Origin: Spizellomyces punctatus DAOM BR117
Lineage: Eukaryota
Direction: 5' to 3' (one strand)
Assembly (NCBI GenBank): GCA_000182565.2
Contig: KQ257452.1
Length of the DNA: 64,000 bases
The translations under genes and the position numbers were made by a program. The notes under the pieces are model-generated. The model searched no databases. It had not been told where the DNA came from and was given only the letters and a program-made list of their open reading frames with translations. Of this stretch, positions 12,710 through 29,028 are shown piece after piece. Positions within the stretch are counted from its first letter, which is position 1. The number at the start of each line of letters is the position of its first letter.

Positions 12710-14238
12710 CTAAACCTGGACTCTAAATATAGGAATCTGAAAAACTCTATCGTAATGTTGTGCAGGTACGTCTACCGGCCTATCATCTTTCCACTCCTTC
12801 AACTTGCGTAGAGCCTTTTCGCGAGCCCATGTTGCTGTAATGATACTAGCATAACTCCAAGTCAAGTGGGGTGCACCCTGCATAAACCCGGTGTTTTTGT
12901 TCACCTGTTCAGAGAGTGAGCCGCTGGTGGGTGTGTGAAGCCGCACGCGGTTTAGAAAGTGGTCGCCTGTATCAGTTACATTCTGTGCCAAGTGCAGATA
13001 CGAATGTTTAAGCGACGATGGTATAGTAGTGTCCTCAAGGAGGTGTGATGCAGTATGGTAAAGAGTTTCGGCGATCGCCGCGGTTGTCAGAATCCAAGGA
13101 TTGCCTTCTGAACGGCCATATCCATCGTATGTGTCTTCACAATATCTACCAATGGCAGGTGCAAGGGTTAAATTGGAATTTCCGTTGATAGGATACAAGG
13201 GAGCCATGCGAGAAACGAGCTCTTGTGCGGTGAGAAGAATTTCCTGGCTGAAGGGTCGGTATGGCGACGTCTGGTCAACCGTGTGGAGGGCGGCGAGAAT
13301 TGTGGCAGTATCCAGGTTTAGGATCTTGTCCGGCAAACCGCCACTTTGATCCAGTGTCTCTTGCATGTATCCGGAAACTGGATCCCAATGTGTTGTCACG
13401 ATTTGCTTCAGCTTCATGCTCTGAAGTTTGTACCAGTCCGCGGCACCTACATCCTTCATTCGTTTTGCAAATTGCGCACCGGATTGAAGAGCGGCGTACT
13501 GAACCATCCTCGTATAGAAATGGTGCCCATATACTTCTTCCCAGAGATCAAAGCACTTGTCTCGCCAGGCAGAGGAAGTGAACTCGAGATCAGCTTTGAT
13601 GACTGTTTGGGTAGGGTATCTGCTGTCATACAACAGTTTTTTTACGGCTTCGATGGAGCCTCCCCGATCTAGGTACGCATTTGCAAAGCGAATCAATGTT
13701 GATGCGCGAAGGGCTGGTCCATCGTTCTGCGGTCGTCCCCAGTTTCCATTGAAAGGGGAACCGTTCTAACATAGAGTTTTGCAACGGTTTCTAAGCAAAG
13801 CAATGAATAAAGAACCAGAAACTTTTCAGCTACACATACCACATGAAATTTTGGCTCTCCAAAACCAGATTTTGTCTTTTGCAGCTGGTTCATTCTTGAA
13901 AATGTTGCATAGTTCCACAGTAAATGTTCATATCGTTTGCTTTCTGGCGATCCAGGTGACGCCCGCTCATATAACCGCTCCACGACGCTCATTACCAGAG
14001 CGCTGTCCCTTACCCAATGATAATAATAGTCTGGGTGGCTTTGACTCGGTGAAGCTATCACGACGCCGGCACTTGTTCCGACTGGGTGGACATTGTCCAG
14101 TAAATGGTCAACCGAAAATGCATACTGCCTATCAAGCCATTCATCCAGGGTATGGTGTGGTTTCAAGTTCTCAGACGAGGAAGCAAAAGCTGTCCAAATG
14201 AACACAAAAGTCAAAAGACAAACAGCGATGGTCTGCAT
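12710..14238 (-). CDS. Secreted glucoamylase (GH15), no evident starch-binding module; 1 intron
   Basis: Signal-like N-terminus, ASPSQSHPDYYYHWVRDSA, GEPKF, spliced WGRPQNDGPALRA, catalytic DLWEE and LSEQ, LTWSYAS. Confidence 0.95.
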
Positions 14239-14398
14239 GGTTTGACGGACGATAGCTGGAAGGACGTGAAAGCCCAGCAAATGCGCAGCCGTTACGTAAT
14301 CATTCAACATTGGTCTTGTTGCCATCCGCAACCGTGGCACAGCGGAAACGTAATGGGAGTACGTTGGCCTTGGGCTCGGTGCTTGGGTTTTCCTCCCT

Positions 14399-15934
14399 AT
14401 GGTTCAACCTGCCAATGCCCAGCGACAAACAGACATGGCAGACAAGACAGCTATGCGAGCGCCCTGCGTACCGTCTCTGGACACTTTTAGCTTCACATGC
14501 GCCGCTCCTAGTCCTGTTATTGTGAAACAGGCTCCACCTGGATGGACAACTCCTCCCTTTCCACTACGCATGAACTCACCTGCCACGGCAGACCGACATT
14601 CTGTACATATCACTACCGGAGCGGTTTCTACGCACTCCAACACATCAGATCGATCTATGGTTCCCTTTCTGAAAACATTTGACTTTACATGCCCGCCACC
14701 ACAGCCGCCTCATATGCATGCTAGAACTGGTGCCTCCACTCCGCCTTTCGCCCTCAGACTTGAACCAAACACGGCTGGCCATGATCAAACGGGTTTACTC
14801 CATAGGGATTTGCAAAGATCGAGTAGATCTGGATTTGGCCACACGCGAAGAGTGCAGAAACTCACAAAACGCGCTCGTCGGGTTGGGCAGCAAGGACCGG
14901 TTACAGCAGAAATACCAGAGATCTCAGCAGGGGAAATGGGTGCGAGAGGCGTAGAGGACATTACCGACATGTTTATGAGATTGCAGGTGGCGACAGATCG
15001 TGCGGCTTTAACTTCCGGTAGAGGGCCGCTACTCCCGAACATATCCAATATCCCAGTGGGTGACCAGGTGGATGTGCTGTGGTTGAGTAATGAAGACAGC
15101 TATGAATACGTATCAACACCTATGAGTGACTTTGATGCGCTAGTGGATACGATGATTCCGGCAGAAATGGAAGAAATGGACCAAACCCTCTTTAATCCGA
15201 TTCTTGATTCATGGCTCACAAGTACGGGACAGACTCAAGAGCCTCAAGACATGCACGTACTTTATGAGAATGACTTTCTGGAGATCAGAGCATGCAATGA
15301 CACGGGGACGGCAAGTTCGTGCGCAGAGGTCACTGCGGATGATGAAAAATCGGGCTCGGAGGCAAACGACCGGGGCAAACTTCCCAGTCACCGTGGTTTC
15401 ATTAGACCGTTGCGTGATGAAGGGCCATTTATGGGAAGACCGGCAATACATGAACAGCATCATCCCCGTCATAATCGCCTGTACCAAACAAGTGCATCTT
15501 ACACTAGCTGCGAAGACGTCCATACCTGCACAATACCTCCACAAAAGGCACACCACAGAAGGCGCAGAAAACGATCAAATCGCCAAACGCCCACTTCACA
15601 CGCATCTCCACGCATACATGATCCATCTATGAATCATGTTTTCCACAGTATAGACGACGTGACATCACTGATATCAAAGATTTCTGTCCACTCCAGAGAA
15701 GACGACGATGTCGACGACGACCCTGGTAATCAAGGAGATGATGAAGAAGATGAATATTTAGAAAAAGGACCGCGTGTACGAGATCAAATCGCGTCCCTGA
15801 AGTCGCCTTTAGTGTACCCTAGTGGCTCGCTTGATGTTTCCATCGTCCGACATGGAGGGTACGAGATGGCTACTGAGCAAGGCGCGGATCTGGATTTAGA
15901 CGCATACATACGGTGGCCGGATGAACAAGGGTGA
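14399..15934 (+). CDS. Hypothetical intronless, largely disordered protein (511 aa) with an internal repeat
   Basis: 1.5 kb open frame filling the gap; duplicated TF(S/D)FTC...TPPFxLR motif, basic RRRRKR stretch and acidic tracts; no family recognised. Confidence 0.65.
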   Translation: MVQPANAQRQTDMADKTAMRAPCVPSLDTFSFTCAAPSPVIVKQAPPGWTTPPFPLRMNSPATADRHSVHITTGAVSTHSNTSDRSMVPFLKTFDFTCPPPQPPHMHARTGASTPPFALRLEPNTAGHDQTGLLHRDLQRSSRSGFGHTRRVQKLTKRARRVGQQGPVTAEIPEISAGEMGARGVEDITDMFMRLQVATDRAALTSGRGPLLPNISNIPVGDQVDVLWLSNEDSYEYVSTPMSDFDALVDTMIPAEMEEMDQTLFNPILDSWLTSTGQTQEPQDMHVLYENDFLEIRACNDTGTASSCAEVTADDEKSGSEANDRGKLPSHRGFIRPLRDEGPFMGRPAIHEQHHPRHNRLYQTSASYTSCEDVHTCTIPPQKAHHRRRRKRSNRQTPTSHASPRIHDPSMNHVFHSIDDVTSLISKISVHSREDDDVDDDPGNQGDDEEDEYLEKGPRVRDQIASLKSPLVYPSGSLDVSIVRHGGYEMATEQGADLDLDAYIRWPDEQG

Positions 15935-18184
15935 TTGACAGAACGCGCGGATGTAAATGAGGTTTTATGCTGTACGATAACATGGGCATGCGCGATTTCC
16001 AAATCTTCTTCACTTTGTGTGCTTTGCTGAGCGCAAGGACTTGTCTGGCGGCTTTATTGCGTCAAGTTATCCCGCTCAACGTAACGATATGTCATGTGAC
16101 CAAGTTCATGCGATAGAACGAAACTCCTCGTGTCAGTGGATTCACTGTTGGATGGAAATGTAGGAATGCCCTGATCGAGACTCTACACTTTCAAGGTGTC
16201 CAAAAGTGCATGTAACGAGCAATCACGATCAAGTACATGGCAAGATTGTTGCAAAAACGAGGGCAGCCATTGTCGTGTTCAAACAAATTCATCCATTGTT
16301 CATGCACGTCCCGTTGATGGTCCGTCCACAAACTAATGTCTTTAAGCGATATTGAAACAGGTCATCAAAGCAGTCAATTTACACACATGAAATAAAAGCT
16401 CCTGAATGCCGTACTCTAGTAAAAACTAGTAAGTCGTTGCTGTTGGTTTGAGGTGTGTGCCAATTTGTTTGAAGTTCCTCAATTTACCTTTGATGAAAAT
16501 GTCGAAAGTGTTCATCAGTCGAGCGAAGCAAACGGACGGTTGAATCCGGATTGAACCACCATCTCTCACGTGTGACTGACTTTCGGAGCTTTCCGGGAAA
16601 CTTTCCTTGTTTTACCAAGGGGCTCCAAGGGAGGGGAATGATGAAATCCGTAGCCATTTCCTCAAACACTCAAACACTTAGGACAAATATTGAAACCAAT
16701 ACCCGTGTTGAAATGGGATATTGGAATCGCCGTTTGTTGCATTTTGGGCCGTTTGTTGTCATGTTGGGCAAAATGTTGCTTTTGCATGTTCGGCAGGTGG
16801 CAGTCCGCAGGTGGCAGTGGACAAGACAAAAGCAGACAAAAGCTGGCTGGGTTTTGTCGACCAAGAAGAGCACATGTGTCAAACAAACAGGTTTGAAACT
16901 TTACTTGTTTGGATCGGCTGACAAAGGCAAAACCCAAAGGGTGATGAAAAGAGAAACGATTTTTGAGAGTCCTTTTTTGATGGCGAATGGTTAACAACAC
17001 TTGGCAAAAAAGATTGACACGACAAAAACACCTGAAAACAACAAGAGAGATTGGTTTCCAAGGGAGGAGGAGGAAAGACAAGGAGGGACAATGCCCAGAA
17101 AAAAGGGAGAGAAAAGGCAACCAATGATCAAACGACGACAAGCGAGCTGTGCAAAATGGATGGCCCGTCGAAAGGCCATCCCCCACAAGGTGTGAATTGT
17201 TTACGCTCAACAATTCTGGGCAAATTAGAGCCGCTTCGATACAAGTTTGTAGGTGCTTTTTTATTCATCATTGATGTCAAAATGAAGTTTGGGGGATCAC
17301 GATCATCGCACACACACTGTTCGTTTTAACAACTTGTCATCGTCGTCGTTCGTCTCACTTTTTTTAATAAACATTTGAACTTTTGGTGGTTGGCTGCGGG
17401 GTGCTACGGAATTTCTCAAGTGTGGATTTCTCGTGCGCGTGTGTTTTGTAAGTTTCAGGGAGGGTTCAAAGGAAGGGAAACCCCAGAAGGGAATGCAAGA
17501 CAAGCAAGGCCATTGGCTCCCCCTCTCGTTACCCTTCCTCTGCCCCCCTCCGTCCAAGCTGCAAAAAATGTGAAAATCGCTACGCAAACAAAACGCAACG
17601 GGCAAAAAGAAAAAAGCACACTTATGGAATCAAAAAGTTATTATCCATCTTCAGCGCGGCCACCTTGGGGAAGGGCTCTTTTTTTTCCAGACTTTTTCGG
17701 GTGGTACGCCGACAACTGGCGGAAAACCAAAATTCCCCCTCTTCTTATCCTTTTTACAACAAACCTTTTGGGGGGGCTTCCGGTCCACATCCTCCTTCCT
17801 CCATTTCTCCTGCTCTCCCCGTTACCTTCAAAGCAAGCAAAAGGGCTAAAAAAAAGATCCATTTCTCATCCGAAATTTGGTTCGCAAGTGCGTGATCGTC
17901 TTCTCGGCTTTGCGCTCATTTATTTTTTGCACGCCGCCGGATGACAGCACAGATGGCATGTTGAGAAAGGGGTCCATCTTTTTTTCAAAATCGCCGAGTG
18001 CAAACGGTCGAGTTGGGCTGTCGCAAAAAAACTCGTCAACACAACACATACACACAATGAAATGATCTCATAGATAGTCCTTGAAAGCAAAAAACAACAG
18101 CCTTCGGTCTCCTTCTTGCCCTAGCCTTTGGGTTTATCCGTTAGCCTTTCTCTCGCCCTCCCTGCCCTTCCTTTCCTCCTCCAG

Positions 18185-19342
18185 ATGGCGGTCTTAACGT
18201 GGACTGGTCTGCATCCGACGACCCATCCTCACAGCCACTACTACTACAAGTCCTACTCGTCAATGAACCATCATGTCCCGCACCATCAGCCGTCTCAGCG
18301 CCGCCCTCGCAGAACTTCCCCGTCCCCGTCCTTGTCGTCATCATCGAAAGCGATACCCCAGTTGGTAGCACACTTTATTTGCCTGGTTGTTCACCGAACA
18401 TGGCCAAGACCGAACGGCCAGCTCTCTTCGCAGCCATCCTCCACATTCGACGACGCTCAACCTCACCCTTCCTTCCTCGCCTTTGTCAACCGAATTGTAC
18501 GAATGTCTGGTGTCTCCAGCGACCTCCTTTTCCTCGCCCTCCTCTACATCATCCGTCTTCGCCGTTCCTCGTCCGGTTCCTCATCCATGCTTGAACCTAC
18601 ATCGCCAACGACGCAGTCTTTGGTATCAACACACTCATTTGAATCACAGGCGGCACTTTCAGAAGCACGCCTTGTCACAGCCGCCATCATCCTCGCTCAA
18701 AAAGTCACGGATGATAACAGATTCACCAACAAAACCTGGGCAGAGCTGACTGGATTTGTTTTGACGGACGTGAACCAGATGGAAGCGGACTTTCTCGCAC
18801 GGGTGGATTTTCGGTTACATGTCGGGGACGGGGAATATGCTGCCTGGGTGCGGCATTGCAAGACTTGGGCGAGGCAACTCGGTGTTTTGCTGGAACACGG
18901 CGGAGAACAAGTAAACACCGTCCAACCCGTCCAACCAGATGGCAAGGTCGCTGGTTATTACCGAAAGCGCAAAGCGGGTGTCCCCGACTACGCACTCAGT
19001 GATACATCTACCCGAAAGCGAGCCGTTCGCCGCCCACTCGACATGACTACATACCCTGTGGACCAAGCAAAATGGGCCGCTCCTACCGCCCCCCACGTCT
19101 TTTCCGCCCTCCCCGCTCCATTCCAACAACCACACAACTCTCAAACAGCGCCCATCCACTACGTCACCCTCCCACAGCCAACACCATCCGCATACTCTTG
19201 GACATGTTGTGCCCATGAGTTCCAGCAGCCTCTTTACGCTGTCTGTGGATACACATATACCACCACGGGTCACGTCGTTGCTGAAACCACTTGGCTGGAT
19301 GGGATGGGAATGGCTATTGGGCAGTATGGCTATATGCAGTGA
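18185..19342 (+). CDS. Pho80/Pcl/Clg1-type cyclin with low-complexity C-terminal tail
   Basis: FLAFVNRIVRMSGVSSDLLFLALLYIIRL ... RLVTAAIILAQKVTDDNRFTNKTWAELTGFVLTDVNQMEADFLARVDFRLHV cyclin box; start ATG 18185 or 18263. Confidence 0.88.
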   Translation: MAVLTWTGLHPTTHPHSHYYYKSYSSMNHHVPHHQPSQRRPRRTSPSPSLSSSSKAIPQLVAHFICLVVHRTWPRPNGQLSSQPSSTFDDAQPHPSFLAFVNRIVRMSGVSSDLLFLALLYIIRLRRSSSGSSSMLEPTSPTTQSLVSTHSFESQAALSEARLVTAAIILAQKVTDDNRFTNKTWAELTGFVLTDVNQMEADFLARVDFRLHVGDGEYAAWVRHCKTWARQLGVLLEHGGEQVNTVQPVQPDGKVAGYYRKRKAGVPDYALSDTSTRKRAVRRPLDMTTYPVDQAKWAAPTAPHVFSALPAPFQQPHNSQTAPIHYVTLPQPTPSAYSWTCCAHEFQQPLYAVCGYTYTTTGHVVAETTWLDGMGMAIGQYGYMQ

Positions 19343-19678
19343 AATAACATTTGGGGATGACTATCTTTATATGTTTGTATGTATATCGTATGTGATTTTC
19401 ATGGGTCATTGGGGGGGACGTCAATGGGGTTCTTTAAATACCGTATTTGCGGGAATCTTTTCGGGAAATGTACAGCTTTTGTTTTTAGAATATAGGTATG
19501 GCATGCTGATACTACAGTGGTCATTTTACATCTTGGGGATCCATATTTCTTTCTTTGTGTTTCTCTGTGTACAATATATATACTTTTTGCTGCTAAAACG
19601 AACGAGATGTCAGTAATGCTCATGACGGGGCTTTCTCAATAGAGTATCGCCATGCCGACTAAAGAAATGCTGCTTCGA

Positions 19679-19694
19679 ACACACACACACACAC
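19679..19694. repeat. (AC)n microsatellite between convergent 3' ends
   Basis: acacacacacacacac run. Confidence 0.8.
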
Positions 19695-19817
19695 ATAGAT
19701 GCCGAACAATACTACATGTTTTTAATAATTCATACAAGCTTTCGACAGAATAACAAAAAAACAAAAGAGTTAGGAAAGAAAGGAAAATACGAAAAGCTTT
19801 CTATTTTCGCCTGGGAT

Positions 19818-23281
<3,464 letters not shown>

Positions 23282-24257
23282 GATTTTGATATGTTTTCCG
23301 ATTGCTAATGAAGATAGGCTCACTTTGATTAATTCAGATCATTCTTGCTGTCCGCACTAAGAGGAGAGAGGGTGTACCTGATTCTCCAAAAGATGACCAA
23401 AGTTCGATTTCAGAAAAGACTTGTTGTTCTTGATGCACTAAAGCAGGAGCCGCGAAGGTATCGTATGGCTAGAGGTTCGATTACAAGCTTGTGACGATTC
23501 CGTTTGCTCGGTTGAACCTCTATTGGGTTATGGTGTGACCACTTGGACAGATTACGATGGCGATGAACTGGATTTTTTAGCAGAGGCCGAATCAGCAAAA
23601 AACCTCTGACCAAAGCTCAGCAGTTTTCTAGTCAGTCAAAATGTTCCTTTACAGATCAGAACGTTTTGTCAACGGCTTTGCTAATATTGGCCAGACTGGC
23701 TGAAGAGTATACTCTCAATGTCGATTCGGAATCTTGTCAAACTCGCAACCAAACGATATCTTTTTCCTAGCTAGACTGGTACACCAAGCCACACCCTCTT
23801 GCCAACGTAAACCACCAGTGGAGATTCCCCTCCATTGGCGTTCATGCGTTGTTTGGATGATCCCAAAAATAGCACATCCGCTTCATTAATTCGTCTGGCC
23901 CATGCATTCCCTCAAACAACCGCGCGGGCTGTATGGAAAGCAGCAGCCCATCAAGGGCCCATTCAAGCAACATCTACTGGGGGTGTGTTGGGACTCGTCC
24001 CAGTACCATTGCCCGTAATAAAAGTGGATGAGTTAGAGTTCAATCATTTTTCGTTCATCCTATATAGATCCATTGCAACCTTGAAATGACTGCTATATTG
24101 GTCTATCTTTTAAAACTAGTCATGGCATGAACGGTTGCGAGTCAGCCTGGCCCGTCGACCGTCTGTCACATCCCCAAACTCCGTTCAATTACGTAAAGAA
24201 GCGGCACAGTCAGCGACATCTGCTCATCACTTCAACATTCTTGTTCAACTTTACACA

Positions 24258-25458
24258 ATGTCCCATTCCAAAATCTTTTTTGTAGGAGCGCTATATCAGG
24301 ACATCATTTTACATACAGACAGGTGATTAAGAGGAAAGAGCAGTACTGATTTCCGATAAATCATCTTAAATGATCCTGTGACCTCCCAAAGCTATCCGAT
24401 AGAAGATTCAAAGAGCCGAGCTCGAAAGGTCGAGAAAAGAGTCGGTGGGAACAGCGCAAACAGTCTAAGCGTTCTGACGCAGCTTGCCCCAGGAGGACAC
24501 TGGCAAAATGCTGTTGGAACGGGTACGAGTGACTTGGAATTTGTGGGAGCTTTTGCTGGAGAAAGGGATGCGGATGGAACGATCTGTAGGTGCAGTAATT
24601 TAGTCCACTCTTGACTATAATACAAGACGGGGATCTGACGATGAAGTACAGCCCCTTAGCTCGACACATTGCAGCGCATGGTGTTTCTCTCAAGTACTCC
24701 GTGACCCGTCCTTTAGCGACCACTGATCCCACCTCTTATATTATATCCACACAAGCTTCCCGAACAATCATAAGTCACAATGATGTTCCAGAACTCACGG
24801 CAGCGGAATTCATACCAGCTCTCAAAAAGGATATATTTGAATCTACCTCAACGGCGCCAGACTCGGCGCGATTATGGTTCCATTTTGAGGGAAGAAACGT
24901 GCAGCAAGTTTATGATATTCTGGATTTCATAAACTCTGAAAAACGGACCAATGTGACCGTATCGATAGAGTTTGAGAAACCCGCCAGGGAAGGCCTTGCT
25001 GATCTTTTAGCTATGGCCGACATCTGCTTTTTTTCCAAAATTTATGCAGACGCTATGCGATCGGATCTTGATGCCGCTGCATTTCTGGTGGACGCAAAGG
25101 CCAGATGCAAAGATGAGTAGGTTCCAACAAACCGATGTATAGAAAATATCTTGATTGACTGCGTAAAAAATTTCTTTCCTTGGTATCTAGCGCAATTCTC
25201 GTGCTCACGCAAGGTGCGCAGGGAGCGTGGGTCTTGGCACCCACATTGGACTGCCCAGTGCACGTTGCTGCCTATCCACCAGCCCAAGGCGTAGTTGACA
25301 CCACCGGCGCAGGAGATACATTCATAGCCAGTGTCATAGCGGGACTGTTAGGAGGAGAGTTGGATATTATTGCTGCAGTTGACGTCGCATGTCGAGTTGC
25401 TGGCGCTAAATGTGGACTGAGTGGAGTAGAAGGAGTTATTAAAGCAGCTGGCTTCTAG
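24258..25458 (+). CDS. KHK: Ketohexokinase-like PfkB/ribokinase-family sugar kinase
   Basis: YPIEDSK...RVGGNSANSLSVL, WFHFEGRN, SIEFEKPAREGL, DTTGAGDTFIA, VAGAKCG. Confidence 0.82.
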
Positions 25459-25787
25459 CGGTAATCTAGTGAATATGGGCCGTTGGCATTGTGGGTGCTG
25501 GAGACGTGTGACTTATCATGCCGGGCTGGGCTGCGGTATACGGCGGTTTGGAGTGTGAGGCAATCGCGGCTGAGACAGTAATGGCCAGCATCCGCTTGCC
25601 CCTTGCTGGACCTCGGCCACCACTAGGCAGAATGATGCTATTTCATGATTGGAGCAACATCGAACGGCGGTAACAAATGTCCTGGACATTAAACATATGG
25701 TCACGTCTGACGCTTATTTGACATATAATATATGTAATACTTTCAACATGCTCACTGCCTAATTCCTATTTACCTCTATAAACAACG

Positions 25788-28243
25788 TCAACCCAACTGT
25801 CCGATCAGAACAGCATCGACCACTTCCCCTTGCGCTACCTCCATTCTCCCTTGTGTGCCCGCAGGCATCTTCAAAAGCGCATTTGCGCCCCTCATACTTA
25901 CCATTCGACTGCTTCGCTGCGATCCTGTACTATAGGCAACAAGGCGCGTTCCCTGATGTCCCGAAGATGGGGCGATGGCAATGTGAGCGCGATGGAATTC
26001 AGGCCGCGATGGATCGAGCTGGATTGTATCTGCGAGCTGTGGTCGACGTCATGTGAGCCGTTAAGCGTTCGGTTCATAATCAGCGAACGCCAAAGGCGAT
26101 GCTTACCTCTGCACGCACTACGGGGAGAATAGGATCTGAGTACCCCGCCATCTTCCTCAAAGCAGGAAGCACAAAGAGATAAAAGGTGACACTGGCCGAA
26201 ACGGGATTGCCAGGCAGAGCAAAGATTAGCTTTCTTCGACCACCATCAGTCCCGGGAATCGTGGCAAATGTAGTCGGCTTCCTGAAGTATCAGGGCCAGT
26301 ATTCGGCATCAGCACGCGTCCCATGTTAACCAAAATGGCTGTAGGACCATACCCTGGTTTCAACAGAACTCTTCCAAAATGTATTGTCGCACCCAATGCC
26401 CGTTCGAGAACCGGCTTTAATAAATCCAGTTCTCCCATGGATACTCCGCCGGTTGTCACTAGTACATCCGCTTGATCCAATCCTTTCCTGATGATTTTGG
26501 CTAGCTCCTCCGCACTACCCACAAATAGAAACAATATTGAGAATTCAATGCAACGAGTGAGGCAGAAGACATTGATCTTTCAATTTGGCTCACCTGTCTG
26601 GCGCAATCCCCAGATCAATCGAGTCAAACCCCGCGACTTTCACGGCCGCTGCGAGGGTCGGACGATTAGAGTCCCGGATGACCCCGTATGGAATTGGACC
26701 TGGAGTCTTAGCTTCTACCACTTCGTTTCCTGTGGACAAAAGTCCCACCACAGGCTTCCGAATTGCAAGAACTTGCGTTACGCCGACAGACGCCAAAACG
26801 CCAATCTCAGAGGGTGTAATCAGGCTGCCCTTTTGCAATATATCTTCTCCAATGGCAATGTCGGAGCCAATCTCTCGAATATTTTGGCCCTCGGCGGCCG
26901 TTTCGTGAAGCTGCACAATCTCTTCCACGGTACCATCATCTGAGGCTTTAATCAAGGAGGTGTTCTCCACCATGACAACGGCATTAGCGCCAGCTGGGAC
27001 AGGTGCACCAGTTGCTACCCTTGCAATTTGCCCTTTCTGCAAATTGATACGGGCTCCTCCACCTGCAATAGATCCAGCAATAACCGGGTACTCTCCTGGT
27101 CCATCCGACGCTTTCATATGCCATGCATGAGTGTGGGGCCGCGACGATGTCAACGACATCCGGTTTGCTTACCCACTACAGCGTAGCCGTCAACAATCGA
27201 TGCTCGATAGCCCGGCACGGCCTCCTGAGCAGCAACATCTTCCGCCAAAACCGATCCTACTAATTCTCGCGGATTGTCTATAGACATGTGAGCTGGCAAC
27301 AAGGTATCTGCATGGGCCATGACTGTCGAAAGAGCTGCCTCATAAGATACGAGAGGATACAGAGATTTCCGCGGACGCATTGCAACTGTGTAAACCCACA
27401 TATCAATCAGGTATTATTTCAATGAAGATTTCAAATGACCGTAGAGACCAACGATTGCCATACCTGGGACGGTAATCCCTCCGTCGACGAGCTGTACCAC
27501 TTCCGCTGTTCCATGTTTTTGTCCATCATGATCACGGTGATGAGAGTGATGATGATGGTGACAGTGGTGGTGATGACGATGCTTGTGTGATGGTCCTTTC
27601 GCCTCACCCATCTTTCGATGCGTCTCATCCGCACCCTCAACGTCTCCTTTTGCAAGCTCAACGGCGTGAGCAAGTACAGGTAAAACTGCCTCCAGATTTT
27701 CCTTGCTTCCCTTGGGACTACCCGGTAAGGTAATAATCACGCTTCGTTTCCGAATTCCACAAACTGAACGTGATAGCGCTGCCATAGGCGTAGTTTCAAG
27801 CGAAGTAGTTATCATGGCTGTTACTATTCCTGGGGCAGTCTTTTCCAGCAGAGGATTAATGGCCTATTGAGAGGAACAAGTTAAAAAGGTAAACCAGCAA
27901 TATAGAAACAGATAACATGAAGTACCTCTGGTGTGACGTCTCTAGGTGCAAAGCCTGTACCGCCTGTTGTCACAATCAAGTTCACACCTTCAACATCAGC
28001 TAATCTCTTGACAACGTCTTGAATGGCAAGTATGTCGTCAGGAACAGTAGCAAGCTCCTGGACATTCCAACCGTCCCCTGACAGTTGGTCTGCCAACAAT
28101 GGGCCACTACGGTCTTCGGCGAGGCCTTGCGAGACTCTGTCGCTCACTAGGGATTTATGAAGCGACCAGTCTCACACGCCAAAAGTTCATACATGGACAG
28201 TCTAACCTGAAATTATCGCAACGCTTCCCTTTGTGCCTGACAT
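25788..28243 (-). CDS. GPHN: Gephyrin/CnxE molybdenum cofactor biosynthesis protein (MogA-like G domain + MoeA-like E domain)
   Basis: VSDRV...[29 protein letters not shown] domain [51 protein letters not shown]. Confidence 0.93.
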
Positions 28244-29028
28244 GGTTCAACAATTTCAGTTCTGCAATGGTCTCCTTGCGGGGAGATGGACACTGTTGCT
28301 TGCGAACGCGTCTGGCAAACCTTTGCCCAAATGGATCAGTCTTGCTGTTGCCCATCTTCCGCCCAGAAGAAACTTTCAGTTTTTCAAGATTAACGACGAC
28401 AATGTGATAAATAAAATGCAGCAAGATGTCAAGATGATGTCTACAGCCATCGTAGACCACATGGTTTCTTGTAAAGCACTCGAACTTGTGCCCATTTCTG
28501 ACAATGACGCTCAGTGCAAATCCATCATGGACGGGACATTTGGATAAAGCTCATGAAAACATTACCAGGCTAGTTTTGTTATGCATATCCGAGAAGAACG
28601 ATAAAGTTAGAAAATGTTTAAAAAAAGAAAACAACGCTTTTTCCATAAGGATACTGACAAAAACATTGGCTGGCCACAGTCAACATGGAGCGCTTGGCGA
28701 TCGGACCCCCTTCCTAGCTCCTCAACCTTGATTCCGCGCAATCAACAGCCAGCTGTTTGAGAATCACAAGGGTCAGCAGGTATAAACAATCTAGAAACAC
28801 AAGTAATAGGTTGCAGGGTTGCGCGGAACTTTGCAAGTAAATCTATTCATATCCGATATTGTAAATAATGGCGATGCTTAATTTAAGCCAACATTTAAGG
28901 GCAACTTTCCGCGGCCCTCCAAAATTCCGCTAATTACATTTGTAATTAGCAAATGCGATAGTTTCCGTCTTAACTTGGACCCGACAAGTCTCCACGCCGA
29001 GTTGCAACTTGCCTACGATATTTTGGTC

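Noticed and set aside
14318-14332. GTTGCCATCCGCAAC X-box-like sequence in the glucoamylase/orphan promoter
   Set aside because: Mismatched second half-site; could be chance.
16484-18065. Many overlapping 60-190 aa ORFs upstream of the cyclin
   Set aside because: Low-complexity, F/L/K-biased translations on both strands; most likely non-coding.
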